A stretch of DNA of 64,000 bases from Elioraea sp. (GCF_051860475.1 NZ_JBHYDW010000006.1:3174-67173), one strand, 5' to 3'. Shown: positions 29,026-38,643, counted from the stretch's first letter. The notes: generated by a model not told the origin, from the sequence alone. Numbers and translations: made by a program.

Positions 29026-30100
29026 GAGCACCGTGCTCGCCCCGGTGCCGTGGTTTCCCGGCCGCGGCCCGGACGGACGCCCGAAAGCCGGCTTTCCCGA
29101 AATCCCGATCCGCGAGACCCGCCACGGCATCACGGTGCACCACCCGCGCTTCCTCGCCGTACCCGGGCTCGGGATGGTCTCCAATCCCTTCACGCTCCAC
29201 CGCGCGGCGAAGCGGGCGGTCGCGCGGATGGTGGCGGACGGCGTCGCCTTCGATGCGATCGACGCGCACTACCTCTACCCCGACGGCGTCGCGGCGGTGT
29301 GGCTCGCGCGCGACTACGGCGTGCCCGTGGTGCTGACCGCGCGCGGGTCGGACACGTCCCAGCTGCCGCACTACCGCATTCCGGGGCGGCTGATCCGCGC
29401 CGCGATCGCGCGCGCCGACGCGCTGATCGCGGTCAGTGCGGCGCTGAAGGAGGGGCTCGTTTCGCTCGGTGCGGCGCCGGAGAAGGTGACGGTGCTGCGC
29501 AACGGCGTCGACCTGGACACGTTCCGCCCCCTGCCCGACCGCGCGGCGGCGCGCGCCGAGCTCGGCTTCGACGGCCCCACCCTGCTCTCGGTCGGCCTGC
29601 TGATCGAGCGCAAGCGCCACCACCTGACGATCGAGGCGCTCGCGCGTCTGCCCGGGCACCGCCTGGTGATCGCGGGCGAGGGGCCGGAACGATCCGCGCT
29701 CGCAGCGCTCGCCGCGCGCCTCGGCGTCGCCGAGCGCGTGCGCCTGGTCGGGCCGGTGCCGCATGCGCGCCTGCCGCTCTACTACGGCGCGGCGGACGTG
29801 ATGGTGCTCGCCTCCTCGCGCGAGGGCTGGGCGAACGTGCTGCTGGAATCGATGGCCTGCGGCACGCCGGTCGTTGCGACGCCAGCCTGGGGCTCGCGCG
29901 AGGCGGTCGCGGCGCCGGAGGCCGGGCTGGTGCTCGACGAGGCCACGCCCGAGGCGCTTGCCGCCGGCATCCGCCGCGTGCTCGCCGCCCCGGCCGATCG
30001 CGCCGCCACCCGCGCCTATGCCGAGCGGTTCGGCTGGGACGAGACCACGGCCGGCCAGCTCGCGCTGTTCCGCCGCGTGCTGGGGCATCGAGAGACATGA
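28919..30100 (+). CDS. Glycosyltransferase family 4 (start unresolved; open frame extends up to 28664)
   Basis: LRLLTFSTLYPNP.QPNHGVFVENRL, IDAHYLYPDG, SSREGWANVLLESMACGTPVV. Confidence 0.9.
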   Translation, partial: LRLLTFSTLYPNPAQPNHGVFVENRLRHLVAGDAAESTVLAPVPWFPGRGPDGRPKAGFPEIPIRETRHGITVHHPRFLAVPGLGMVSNPFTLHRAAKRAVARMVADGVAFDAIDAHYLYPDGVAAVWLARDYGVPVVLTARGSDTSQLPHYRIPGRLIRAAIARADALIAVSAALKEGLVSLGAAPEKVTVLRNGVDLDTFRPLPDRAAARAELGFDGPTLLSVGLLIERKRHHLTIEALARLPGHRLVIAGEGPERSALAALAARLGVAERVRLVGPVPHARLPLYYGAADVMVLASSREGWANVLLESMACGTPVVATPAWGSREAVAAPEAGLVLDEATPEALAAGIRRVLAAPADRAATRAYAERFGWDETTAGQLALFRRVLGHRET

Positions 30101-30531
30101 AGCTCACCCGCCGCGAGCTCGCGCCCCTCGCGCTCTCGATCGCGGCCGCCTGCGCCTCGCCGGTGCCGCCGGCGATCGCGCAGCAGCGGCGGCCGCCGCC
30201 CCGTGCCCTGCCGCCGCCGCCGCCCATGCCGGCACCGCGGCGCGCGGGCGATATCGGCGGGCTGGTGCTCGAAGGCCACGGCACTCCCGCCGGCACCGTG
30301 ATGCTGGTCGGCCACGCCTTCCCGCCGGGTGCCCTGCCGCGCGGGCACGGCGTGGCGCTCAGGCTGGTCGCCGGGGATCGTCCGATCGAGGCGGCGCTGC
30401 AGGTGCTCGCGCGCCACCCGGACGGCTCGGCGCGGGCCGGACTGATCAGCCTCGCCGCGCCGGCGCTGCCGCGCGGCGGCCGCGCCGGCGTGCTGATCGC
30501 ACGGGTTCCCGCCCAGGGCTCGGCACTGTAG
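30097..30531 (+). CDS. Tat-exported 144-aa protein: stand-alone copy of the lyase-like N-terminal domain
   Basis: ATGA overlap with the GT stop. MKLTRRELAPLALS twin-Arg signal. GHAFPPGALP...RHPDGSARAGL, homologous to the N-termini of 1306-6084 and 31731-35930. Confidence 0.75.
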   Translation: MKLTRRELAPLALSIAAACASPVPPAIAQQRRPPPRALPPPPPMPAPRRAGDIGGLVLEGHGTPAGTVMLVGHAFPPGALPRGHGVALRLVAGDRPIEAALQVLARHPDGSARAGLISLAAPALPRGGRAGVLIARVPAQGSAL

Positions 30532-30585
30532 CGTGCCCTCCCTCCCCTTCCGCAGCACGGCCGTCTCCGGACGAACGAGGACGTC

Positions 30586-31473
30586 ATGAGCACGACCCAG
30601 GGCTATCTCACCCTCGCCACGGGGGACCGGAAGTATGTCGAGATGGCGGCCAATTTCGCCGCCTCGATCAAGGTGATGGACCCGAAACGGCGGGTCTGCC
30701 TGGTGCACGACTTCGCCGAGGGGCTCGACCCTGCGCTCGCCGCCTTCTTCGACGACCTCGTGGTGATCCCGCGCGACGCGCGCTACCCGCACGTGATGAA
30801 CAAGATCCGCCTGTTCGAGGCCTCGCCCTACGATCAGACGATGTTCGTCGATGCCGACTGCCTGCTGATGAAGCATGACGTCGACCGCTACTGGGCGCAC
30901 GCCATCCAGCACTTCTTCTGCATCACCGGCAGCCCCGAGCGGCGCGGCGAGTGGAAGGGGATCATGATCGAGGACATCCTGCGCGAGCGCGGGCTCGAGT
31001 ACATGGTCGTGATGAACGCCGGGATCTTCTACTTCGACCGCTCGGACGAGAGCCGGCACTTCTTTTCGGAATTGGAAGAATTCTACCTGAAGGAGATCGA
31101 GACCCTGGCGATCTCCAACTACAAGGGCAAGGGCAGCCACAGCTTCGAGCTCTATCTCGGCATCTTCCTCGGCATGAAGGACCTGAAGCGGCTGCTGATG
31201 CCGAATTTCGGCAACAACTCGTGGATGGTCTCGACCTGGCGCATCGCCTTCTGCCGGTTCGACATCCGCGCCGGGCAATCGGAGATCTTCAAGCTTAGCA
31301 ACTTCCTGTTCGGCCTGCCGGTGCTGCCCACCCGGGTGGTGCGGCTGTCGCCGACCTTCCCGCATTTCGTCGGCCTGAAGCCGAAGCGCACCTATGCCCG
31401 ACTCGCCGCCGAGTTCCGTCGGCTCGCTCGTGCCCGCACGCAATCGCCGGCCGACCTGGCGACCGCCGCCTGA
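30586..31473 (+). CDS. Putative GT-A fold glycosyltransferase (GT8-like)
   Basis: YLTLATG..Y..MA.N.AASIK, KIRLFEASPYDQTMFVDAD (DxD), NAGIFYF. Confidence 0.6.
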   Translation: MSTTQGYLTLATGDRKYVEMAANFAASIKVMDPKRRVCLVHDFAEGLDPALAAFFDDLVVIPRDARYPHVMNKIRLFEASPYDQTMFVDADCLLMKHDVDRYWAHAIQHFFCITGSPERRGEWKGIMIEDILRERGLEYMVVMNAGIFYFDRSDESRHFFSELEEFYLKEIETLAISNYKGKGSHSFELYLGIFLGMKDLKRLLMPNFGNNSWMVSTWRIAFCRFDIRAGQSEIFKLSNFLFGLPVLPTRVVRLSPTFPHFVGLKPKRTYARLAAEFRRLARARTQSPADLATAA

Positions 31474-31497
31474 TACCGCACGGAACCGCCGCGCAGC

Positions 31498-31527
31498 TTG
31501 ACCTCAAGGATTATATTCCTCTATGCT
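31498..31527 (+). promoter_or_regulatory. Candidate sigma-70 promoter
   Basis: TTGACC-N18-TATGCT in an AT-rich patch upstream of the 1399-aa gene. Confidence 0.5.
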
Positions 31528-31730
31528 GGTGAAGCCATCGGGCGAGTTGCGCCTGCCCGACCGCGCCCGCCATGCCACCCGCCCTGCCGGCGCCGCCTGC
31601 CCACGCAATGCGGCACGCCGACCCGTCGCGATCCCCGTCGTGTGAGTGCCGAGACGGCCCGCCGGGACGGCGGGGATGCCGTCGCGTGCCTGTCCGCCGC
31701 CATCGCGCTACCGTCATTCCGGAGCCCCGC

Positions 31731-34700
31731 ATGCCCCGCATCCTCCCCTCCCGTGGAGCACTGCTCCGCCGCCGCACCCCTGTCCTGCCGCAGATCAGCA
31801 TCGCCACGCCGGTCTCGCCGCAGCCACCGGGTGCGCCGATCCTCGTCTCCGGCACCTATGGCGGCAGCCCCACGGCGATCACCCTCGTCTGGCGCCAGAA
31901 CGGCCAGGACATCTCCGCGCCGGTCGCCGCCACCACGCTCTCCGCGGGCCAGTGGTCAGCCACCCTCACCACGCCGGCCCAGGAAGGCGATTACGTCCTG
32001 CGGGTCGCCTTCGATGACATCGCCCCAGTCGCCGACAGCGAGCCGATCCAGATCGTCGCAGGCGCGGCACAGGCGACGCAGGCCGCCTTCGTGTTCGAGG
32101 GCACGGGCACGACCACCGACACCGTCGCCCTGTTCGGACACGCCTTCGAGCGGGGCATGCTTGCCCCCGCCGACCCGGTGGTGCTGCGCCGCACGGACAC
32201 CCAGGCGCCGCTGCGCACCCAGCTGAACCCGCTCAGCACCTGGACCGACGGCAGCGTGAAGACCGCGCTGCTCGCCGCCGAGCTTCCCGCCCTCGCCGAC
32301 CAGGCGACGCTGACGGCCGAGCTGGTGCGCGGCGCGGCGCATCCCGACCCCGGCAGCACGCTCGCCTTCACGACCGCGCTCTCCGGCCGCAGCGCCGTCG
32401 TCACCGTCTATCCGGCGAGCGGCAGCCCCTGGGTGTTCGACGTGCTCGGCGCGATCGGCGCGGATCGCTGGCACCAGGGGCCGCTCGCGCTCTCGACGCG
32501 GGTGGCCACCGCGGTGCCGCAATCGGCCTGCGGCGTGACCTCCGTGCGGCTGATGGTCGACGTGGTCGTCACCAAGGAGGGGTTTCTCGAACTCGATGTC
32601 TGCTTCTCGAACGACCGGGTGCAGCACTCGGGCGGCGGCATCGCCACCTTCGGCTACACCATCACGATCGACGGGACGACGGTCTACGATCAGCGGCCGA
32701 GCTCGGGGGCGGCGCGCCAGCTTCTGCAGTATTCGCAGTGGATCCGCCGCCGCGGCCGCGCGGTCGGCGCGGCGATGCCCGAGCGGCCCTTCGTCCGCCC
32801 CGACCTCGACCTGCTGGTGCGCGCCGGCGTGCAGCTCGACTACGACCGCAGCCAGGCGATCGGCACTCCGCATGTGACCGGCTCGGTGGACAACGTGCTG
32901 GCCGCCGGCAGCGCGGTGCCGACCGATCCCTACTGGCATTGGGGGCTGGCGCGCGGCGCCGGCGATGTCGGCGGCCGGCCGGAGATCGGCTACCGCACCT
33001 TCGCCTGCGCGATGTGGCTGCGCGACGGCTACCGCAACGCGATCTCGCTCGCGCACCGGCAGTTCGAGGCGGCCTCGACGCGCGGCATGTACTTCTACGA
33101 CTGGGATCTCGGCCGCTGGCTCAACCCGGTGGACTGGCCAAGGATGGCGTACACGGCGCATTCGGCCTCGCCCGCCGGCACCTCGCGCGCCACCGCCACA
33201 GGCTTGCCGTCCGATCAGCGGCCGACCCACAACACCACCGACCACATCACGATCGACCACGCGCATCACGGCTCGTTCAACTGGACCGTGGCGCTGCTGT
33301 CCGGCCGCCGCCTCGCCTATGACGGGCTGGCCGCACGCTCGGCCTGGGCGTCGATGGACCAGCAGATCAAGGCGAACGGGGCGCTCGGGGCGAACGTGCC
33401 GGACTGGCGCAGTTTCACCCCCGACCACACCACCGGGCGCGCCTGGGCGGTGCGGCCCTGGGCACCGCAGACGCGCTCCTGGGCCTGGGACTTCCGCGAC
33501 ATCGTCGACTGCGCGACGATCCTGCCCGACGGCTACGAGGGCGCGCACCGCCTCTTCTACGACCGCAACGTCGAAGCCTGGGTGAACAGCGTCAAGGACG
33601 TGCTGCCGCTCGTCCGGTCGATGTTCACGGCGAATGTCATCGGCACGCCGATGCTCCACGCCGACGAGAACCACCTCGCCGGCTTCATGTACTCCTTCAT
33701 CTTCTACGGCGCCGGCACGGCGATGAAGGCCGGCGTAGGCGGCGCGAACCTGGCCGAGGTGGTCGAGGGCTGGACGACGTTCCGCACCGGCAGCGTGATC
33801 GACGGCGGCTATCCCTATCGCAGCGCGCTCGCCGGCGGGAACATCAACGTGCGCGGCAACCCCCAGCCGCCGTTCAACGCGCAGACCTGGGCCGAAGCCT
33901 GGGCCAAGTCGCAGGCGGCCGGCATGCCGACCGTGCCGGAGGACTGGTCGGCTGGACAGCAGGAGGGCGACTGGCAGCGCAACACGCTGTCCGGGCTCGC
34001 GCTGATGCTCGATCTCGACCTGCCGGTCGGGCTGAAGGCGCGGGTCGCGGACTCGCTCGTGCTGCTGCGCTCGGAGCGGCAGAACGCGCAGGCGCACCCG
34101 CATCCGCGCACCCAGCCGAACGACTTCTTCTCGAGCTTCTTCATGTCGAACACGGTCACGTCGCTCGGCGTGACCTGGCAGTGGGACAGCGCGCCCGTGA
34201 TCGTGCCGGGGCAGTCCTTCCAGGTCGCGGGCGATGCGGCGCCCGGCGCGATCGTCGGCGTGGTGCGGTTCACCGGGCCGATCCCGCGCAACAGCGACTC
34301 CGGGCTGACGCCGGCAACCAAGGCGTGGGAGATCACGGCGCAGCCCGCCGGCGATCCGTTCACGATCAGCCAGGGCGGCGCGATCAGCCTCGCCGGCAAC
34401 CCGCCCGCCGCCGGCACGTCGAGCGTGACCGTGCGCGCGCGGACCTACAACCAGAACTCCACCACGCCCATCCTGTCCGCGCCGGTGACGGTGAGCATCA
34501 CCACGACCGCGGTGCCGGCGGAGATCCTCTCGGTCACCCCAGCGAGCCCGCAGGAGGTGCTGGTCGGCGCGCCGGTCGGCACGACGATCTATACCGTGGC
34601 GGTGCGCGGCAATGCGCCAATCACCCCCAGCATCGCGAGCGGCAACACGACGCTGTTCGAGTTCGTGCCCGCGACCGGCAACAGCTACGTCGTGCGCACC

Positions 34701-35930
34701 AGGGCGACGCTGAGCCTCGGCACCTATCCGCTGACGCTGCGCGTCGAGAACGCGCACGGCCAGGCCACGATCGATGTCTCGGTCGGCGTGGTCGAGAACG
34801 TGACGGCATCGGTCGTCACGCTTGGACAGACGATCGAACTGCGCGAGACGATGACCGCGGGCCAGCAGGCCGAGAGCACGATCGCCTACACCGGCGACCC
34901 GCCGGGCAGCGCGGCCATCATCGCGGGCAACGACGCCGGCCTGCTGGCCTCGCCGCTCACCATCGACGGCGCGCAGGTGCGCCTGTTCACGGCCGGACCG
35001 GTGCGCAAGCGCGACGTGGCGCAGATCACCCCGACCATCCAGATGTACAACGCCGCCAACGCCGCCAATCCGTCGAGCGCGGTCGTCACGGTCAACGTCG
35101 CGCAGCCCTGGGTGCACCGCGCGGCCGCGCCGAGCCTGACCTATATCGGCGTCTGGTCGATCGCGCGCCGCCTGGTGGAGACCTACACGGGGCCGCTGAT
35201 CCGCATCCGCCGTGCGAGCGACAACGCGGAAGCCGATATCGGCTTCGTGCCGAGCGGCGGGCACCACGTGCTCGACGAGGCGGCGGTGACGGGCTTCGCC
35301 GGCGCGAGCAACTGGTTCATCCGCACGATCTACGACCAGTCCACCGAGGGCGCACATCTCCAGCAGGCCAATGCCTCGGTCCAGCCGCTCGGCGGCGCCT
35401 CCGGCGGGTTCACGCGCGTGGGCGCGAACAACCGCGCGGGCGCGCTGTTCGGCTCGAACCGGCGGATGGACCATACCTTCACGGTCCTGCCCGCCGGCGA
35501 CACGCTGGCGCTCTACACGGCGGTGCAGATGCACAGCTCCGTCGCCGGGTTCCAGCGGATCGCCGCGGTCGCCGAGCTGCAGCTGATGACGGACAGCGGC
35601 CCGCCCTATCTGCTGCTGGGCAATGGCGGGGTGAAGCACTCCCAGACCACCACGGCGGGCCAGAACGTGATCCTCTACGCGCGCCACCGCAACGTCATCA
35701 GCGCCGCGGACCGCAACCGCGTCGGCTTCACCGCCCGCGCGGTCGAGGTGTCGACCGGCGGCAACAACGCGCTGACCACCAGCAATGCGCAGGTGACGCT
35801 GGGGACGAACAATCAGGGCCACAACCCGTGGCCCGGCCGCTGCGCCGAGCTGGTGCTGGCGAGCGCCCTGACGGTCGGCACCGAGGAGGCCGGCCTCTAC
35901 GCGGCCGCGGGCGCCTTCTTCGGCGTGTAG
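31731..35930 (+). CDS. Large multidomain protein (1399 aa): Ig-like N-terminus, lyase-like catalytic region, cadherin-like repeats, C-terminal ConA/LamG-like domain
   Basis: GGAG RBS before ATG 31731. FGHAFERG..TWTDGSVK, GGRPEIGY, DHAH, QTRSWAW shared with 1306-6084. WSIARRLVETYTGPLIRIRRASDNAEADIGF...YDQS lectin-like motif. Confidence 0.78.
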   Translation: MPRILPSRGALLRRRTPVLPQISIATPVSPQPPGAPILVSGTYGGSPTAITLVWRQNGQDISAPVAATTLSAGQWSATLTTPAQEGDYVLRVAFDDIAPVADSEPIQIVAGAAQATQAAFVFEGTGTTTDTVALFGHAFERGMLAPADPVVLRRTDTQAPLRTQLNPLSTWTDGSVKTALLAAELPALADQATLTAELVRGAAHPDPGSTLAFTTALSGRSAVVTVYPASGSPWVFDVLGAIGADRWHQGPLALSTRVATAVPQSACGVTSVRLMVDVVVTKEGFLELDVCFSNDRVQHSGGGIATFGYTITIDGTTVYDQRPSSGAARQLLQYSQWIRRRGRAVGAAMPERPFVRPDLDLLVRAGVQLDYDRSQAIGTPHVTGSVDNVLAAGSAVPTDPYWHWGLARGAGDVGGRPEIGYRTFACAMWLRDGYRNAISLAHRQFEAASTRGMYFYDWDLGRWLNPVDWPRMAYTAHSASPAGTSRATATGLPSDQRPTHNTTDHITIDHAHHGSFNWTVALLSGRRLAYDGLAARSAWASMDQQIKANGALGANVPDWRSFTPDHTTGRAWAVRPWAPQTRSWAWDFRDIVDCATILPDGYEGAHRLFYDRNVEAWVNSVKDVLPLVRSMFTANVIGTPMLHADENHLAGFMYSFIFYGAGTAMKAGVGGANLAEVVEGWTTFRTGSVIDGGYPYRSALAGGNINVRGNPQPPFNAQTWAEAWAKSQAAGMPTVPEDWSAGQQEGDWQRNTLSGLALMLDLDLPVGLKARVADSLVLLRSERQNAQAHPHPRTQPNDFFSSFFMSNTVTSLGVTWQWDSAPVIVPGQSFQVAGDAAPGAIVGVVRFTGPIPRNSDSGLTPATKAWEITAQPAGDPFTISQGGAISLAGNPPAAGTSSVTVRARTYNQNSTTPILSAPVTVSITTTAVPAEILSVTPASPQEVLVGAPVGTTIYTVAVRGNAPITPSIASGNTTLFEFVPATGNSYVVRTRATLSLGTYPLTLRVENAHGQATIDVSVGVVENVTASVVTLGQTIELRETMTAGQQAESTIAYTGDPPGSAAIIAGNDAGLLASPLTIDGAQVRLFTAGPVRKRDVAQITPTIQMYNAANAANPSSAVVTVNVAQPWVHRAAAPSLTYIGVWSIARRLVETYTGPLIRIRRASDNAEADIGFVPSGGHHVLDEAAVTGFAGASNWFIRTIYDQSTEGAHLQQANASVQPLGGASGGFTRVGANNRAGALFGSNRRMDHTFTVLPAGDTLALYTAVQMHSSVAGFQRIAAVAELQLMTDSGPPYLLLGNGGVKHSQTTTAGQNVILYARHRNVISAADRNRVGFTARAVEVSTGGNNALTTSNAQVTLGTNNQGHNPWPGRCAELVLASALTVGTEEAGLYAAAGAFFGV

Positions 35931-36069
35931 CGGGCATCCGCCGCCGCGCGCGGGCGAGATCGCAGCCTCACCCTTGCCAAGCCAGTGCCGAGCGGGTTCT
36001 GTGGCGCCCGCCCGGCCGGCCGCGCGCCGCGACCCAGGGTACCAGCGGTGCGACGACGGGGCGGAGAGG

Positions 36070-36984
36070 ATGCTCTACAGGCTGCGGCAGCGGTACAACT
36101 ACTGGCAGTTCGAGCGGATCATCGCCGCCGTGCACGACACGCCGCCCGTGCGGGTGGTCGAGTCGGACCTGCGCATCCTCAGCATGATCGCCGAGCGCGA
36201 CATCGCGATGTACCTGATGGCCGCCAAGGTGCTGTACCGGCGGCTCGGCCATGGGCGGTTCGTCCTCATCATCGACCGCGACCTGCCGCAGCCGCGCCGC
36301 GACGCGCTCAGCCGCCATCTCGGCGGCGCGGTCGAGTTCGTGATCCTGGAGGACATCCCGGTCGGGCGCTGCCAGCGGGGCGGCACCTGGGAGCGGCTGC
36401 TCACCTGCCTCGACTGGTCCGAGCGGCACTACGTGGTGCAGATGGACGCCGACACGCTGGCGATCGGCGACATCCCCGAGGCACGCGACGCGATCGCGGC
36501 CAACCGCGCCTTCACGCTGGCCGAGGGCATTCCGCTGCAGAGCTTCGACGAGGCGGTCGCCTGGATGGAGGCCAACGTCCCCTCCCCCACCCACATCATC
36601 GACGCCACCCAGTATGCCTTCGCGCAGCACCCGGACCGCGCGCGGCTGAACTACATCCGCGGCTCCTCGGGCTTCGCGGGCTTCGCCAAGGGCGGGGTGA
36701 CGCGCGCGCTCGCCGAGGACTTCCATGTCCGGATGGAGGAGATCCTGGGGCGCGCGCGGTGGCGCGAATGGGGCACCGAGCAGGTCGCCTCCAACTTCGT
36801 GGTGGCGAACTCGCCCGACCCGGTGGTGCTGCCGCATCCGGACTACGCCACGATCGGCCCCGAGGCCGACATGAGCCGGGTGCGGTTCGGCCACTTCATC
36901 GGCAGCTACCGCTTCGAGCGGCAGCGCTTCGCCCGCGCCGGCGCCGCGCTGATCCGCGATCTGCTGACCAACCGGGCCGCCTGA
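36070..36984 (+). CDS. Hypothetical EPS-locus protein, putative glycosyltransferase (DxD)
   Basis: GAGG RBS and ATG 36070. HYVVQMDADTL, GGTWERLL, WGTEQVASNF. Lies in the operon with the FkbM genes. Confidence 0.6.
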   Translation: MLYRLRQRYNYWQFERIIAAVHDTPPVRVVESDLRILSMIAERDIAMYLMAAKVLYRRLGHGRFVLIIDRDLPQPRRDALSRHLGGAVEFVILEDIPVGRCQRGGTWERLLTCLDWSERHYVVQMDADTLAIGDIPEARDAIAANRAFTLAEGIPLQSFDEAVAWMEANVPSPTHIIDATQYAFAQHPDRARLNYIRGSSGFAGFAKGGVTRALAEDFHVRMEEILGRARWREWGTEQVASNFVVANSPDPVVLPHPDYATIGPEADMSRVRFGHFIGSYRFERQRFARAGAALIRDLLTNRAA

Positions 36985-36996
36985 GGAGCCCAGCCC

Positions 36997-37779
36997 ATGC
37001 TGCCGCTGCTCTATCCCGGAGAAAGCCTCGCGAGCTTTCTTGGACGGCCGGGCCTCTACCGGCGGCTCCGCTTCCGGGTCCGGCAGGTCCTCTGGACCTG
37101 GCAGGGCAACCACGAGGAAGCCGAGTGGCATCTGCTGGACCATCTGGTCGATCCGAACCGGGCGGCGGTCGATGTCGGTGCCAATTACGGCGGCTATGCC
37201 GGCCGGCTCGCCCGGCTCGCCACGCGCGTCTACTGCTTCGAGCCCTTCCCCGAGACCGCCGAGCGGCTGGCGCTGCGGATGCCGCCCTCGGCCGTGGTCC
37301 GGCGCGCGGCCGTCTCCGACCATGCGGGGACCGCCGAGCTGCTGGTGCCAAGCAAGGCGAGCGGCGAACCGGCGGTCGCCAACGCGACCCTAGAGGCGGC
37401 CAACCCCGTCACCGCGCGCGATGACCTCCGCGCGGTCACCTGCGAGCTGGTGACGCTCGACGAGGTGGTGCCGGAGCCTGTCGGCTTCATCAAGATCGAC
37501 GTCGAGGGCCACGAGCTCGCGGTGCTGCGGGGGGCCGCGGGCATCCTCGAGCGGGATCGGCCGGCGCTGCTGGTTGAGAGCGCCCCGATCCTGAACCCGG
37601 AGGCGCCTGAGCACGTGTTCCGGTTCCTGGGGGAACGCGGCTACGAGGGGCTGTTCCTGCTGCGCCAGCGACTGCACAGCATCCACGCCTTCGACAAGGC
37701 GCGCCATCAGCGCCAAGACGCGACGGGCCGGCCGATGGATCCCTACGCCTACAACTTCATCTTTCTCCCCGGCGGCTGA
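36997..37779 (+). CDS. FkbM-family methyltransferase
   Basis: AVDVGANYG, CFEP, VGFIKIDVEGHELAVLRGA. Confidence 0.92.
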   Translation: MLPLLYPGESLASFLGRPGLYRRLRFRVRQVLWTWQGNHEEAEWHLLDHLVDPNRAAVDVGANYGGYAGRLARLATRVYCFEPFPETAERLALRMPPSAVVRRAAVSDHAGTAELLVPSKASGEPAVANATLEAANPVTARDDLRAVTCELVTLDEVVPEPVGFIKIDVEGHELAVLRGAAGILERDRPALLVESAPILNPEAPEHVFRFLGERGYEGLFLLRQRLHSIHAFDKARHQRQDATGRPMDPYAYNFIFLPGG

Positions 37780-37814
37780 CGCATGCGCCCTCCCGTCGGG
37801 CGACAGGCAGCGCC

Positions 37815-38588
37815 GTGATCCCCCGCGCCGTCCGCTGGCTCAAGCGGCGGCTCAACAGCGAGCTCGCGGCGCGCGGCTATACCCTCTCGTGGCTGCCGCC
37901 ACAGGTACTGGCACGGCGTGAACACCAGCTCGCGCTCGATTTCGAGTTCCTCGCCGGGCATCTGATGCTGACGCGGCCGCGGCCGTTCTTTCTCGGCATC
38001 GGAGCGAATGACGGGGTCACCCACGACCCCCTCTACCCCTTCATCCGGGCTTTCAACTGGCCCGGCGTGATGGTCGAGCCGATCCCGGAGGCGTTCGCCG
38101 CACTCACGCGGAACTACGAGACCCTGCCGCACGTGACGCTGGTAAACGCAGCGGTGGGGCCGAGCGACGGCATGGGCACGATCTACTCGGTGGCGGCCTC
38201 GGACAAGGAGGTGGAGCGAATCTCGCTGCACTCCTCGTTCGACCGGGCGGTGCTGCTGAAGGCCCGCAGCTGGTATCCGGACATCGAGCAGCGCATCGTC
38301 GCCCGCGACGTCCCGGTGCTCTCCTTCGTGAGCGTGCTCGCGCACGCCAGGCGGCAGACGGTCGACGTCCTGAAGATCGACACCGAGGGCTACGATCTCG
38401 AGATCCTGCGGATGGTCGACCTGGCAACCCTCGCACCGAGCATCGTGATGGCCGAGCACGCCAACCTGTCGCGGGCGGACAAGGTCGCGATGGCCGAGCT
38501 GCTGCTTGGCCACGGCTACCGGGTGGCGATGACGTCACTCGATATGCTCGCCTATCGCGGCGCACGGTTCGACAAGCCGATGTCGTGA
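37815..38588 (+). CDS. FkbM-family methyltransferase
   Basis: FLGIGANDGVTHDP, GVMVEP, VDVLKIDTEGYD. Confidence 0.9.
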   Translation: MIPRAVRWLKRRLNSELAARGYTLSWLPPQVLARREHQLALDFEFLAGHLMLTRPRPFFLGIGANDGVTHDPLYPFIRAFNWPGVMVEPIPEAFAALTRNYETLPHVTLVNAAVGPSDGMGTIYSVAASDKEVERISLHSSFDRAVLLKARSWYPDIEQRIVARDVPVLSFVSVLAHARRQTVDVLKIDTEGYDLEILRMVDLATLAPSIVMAEHANLSRADKVAMAELLLGHGYRVAMTSLDMLAYRGARFDKPMS

Positions 38589-38643
38589 GACGCCAAGCCC
38601 CTCCGGTTCCGTCGCCCTGCTCTCGGGCCTTCCATCTTTGCGA

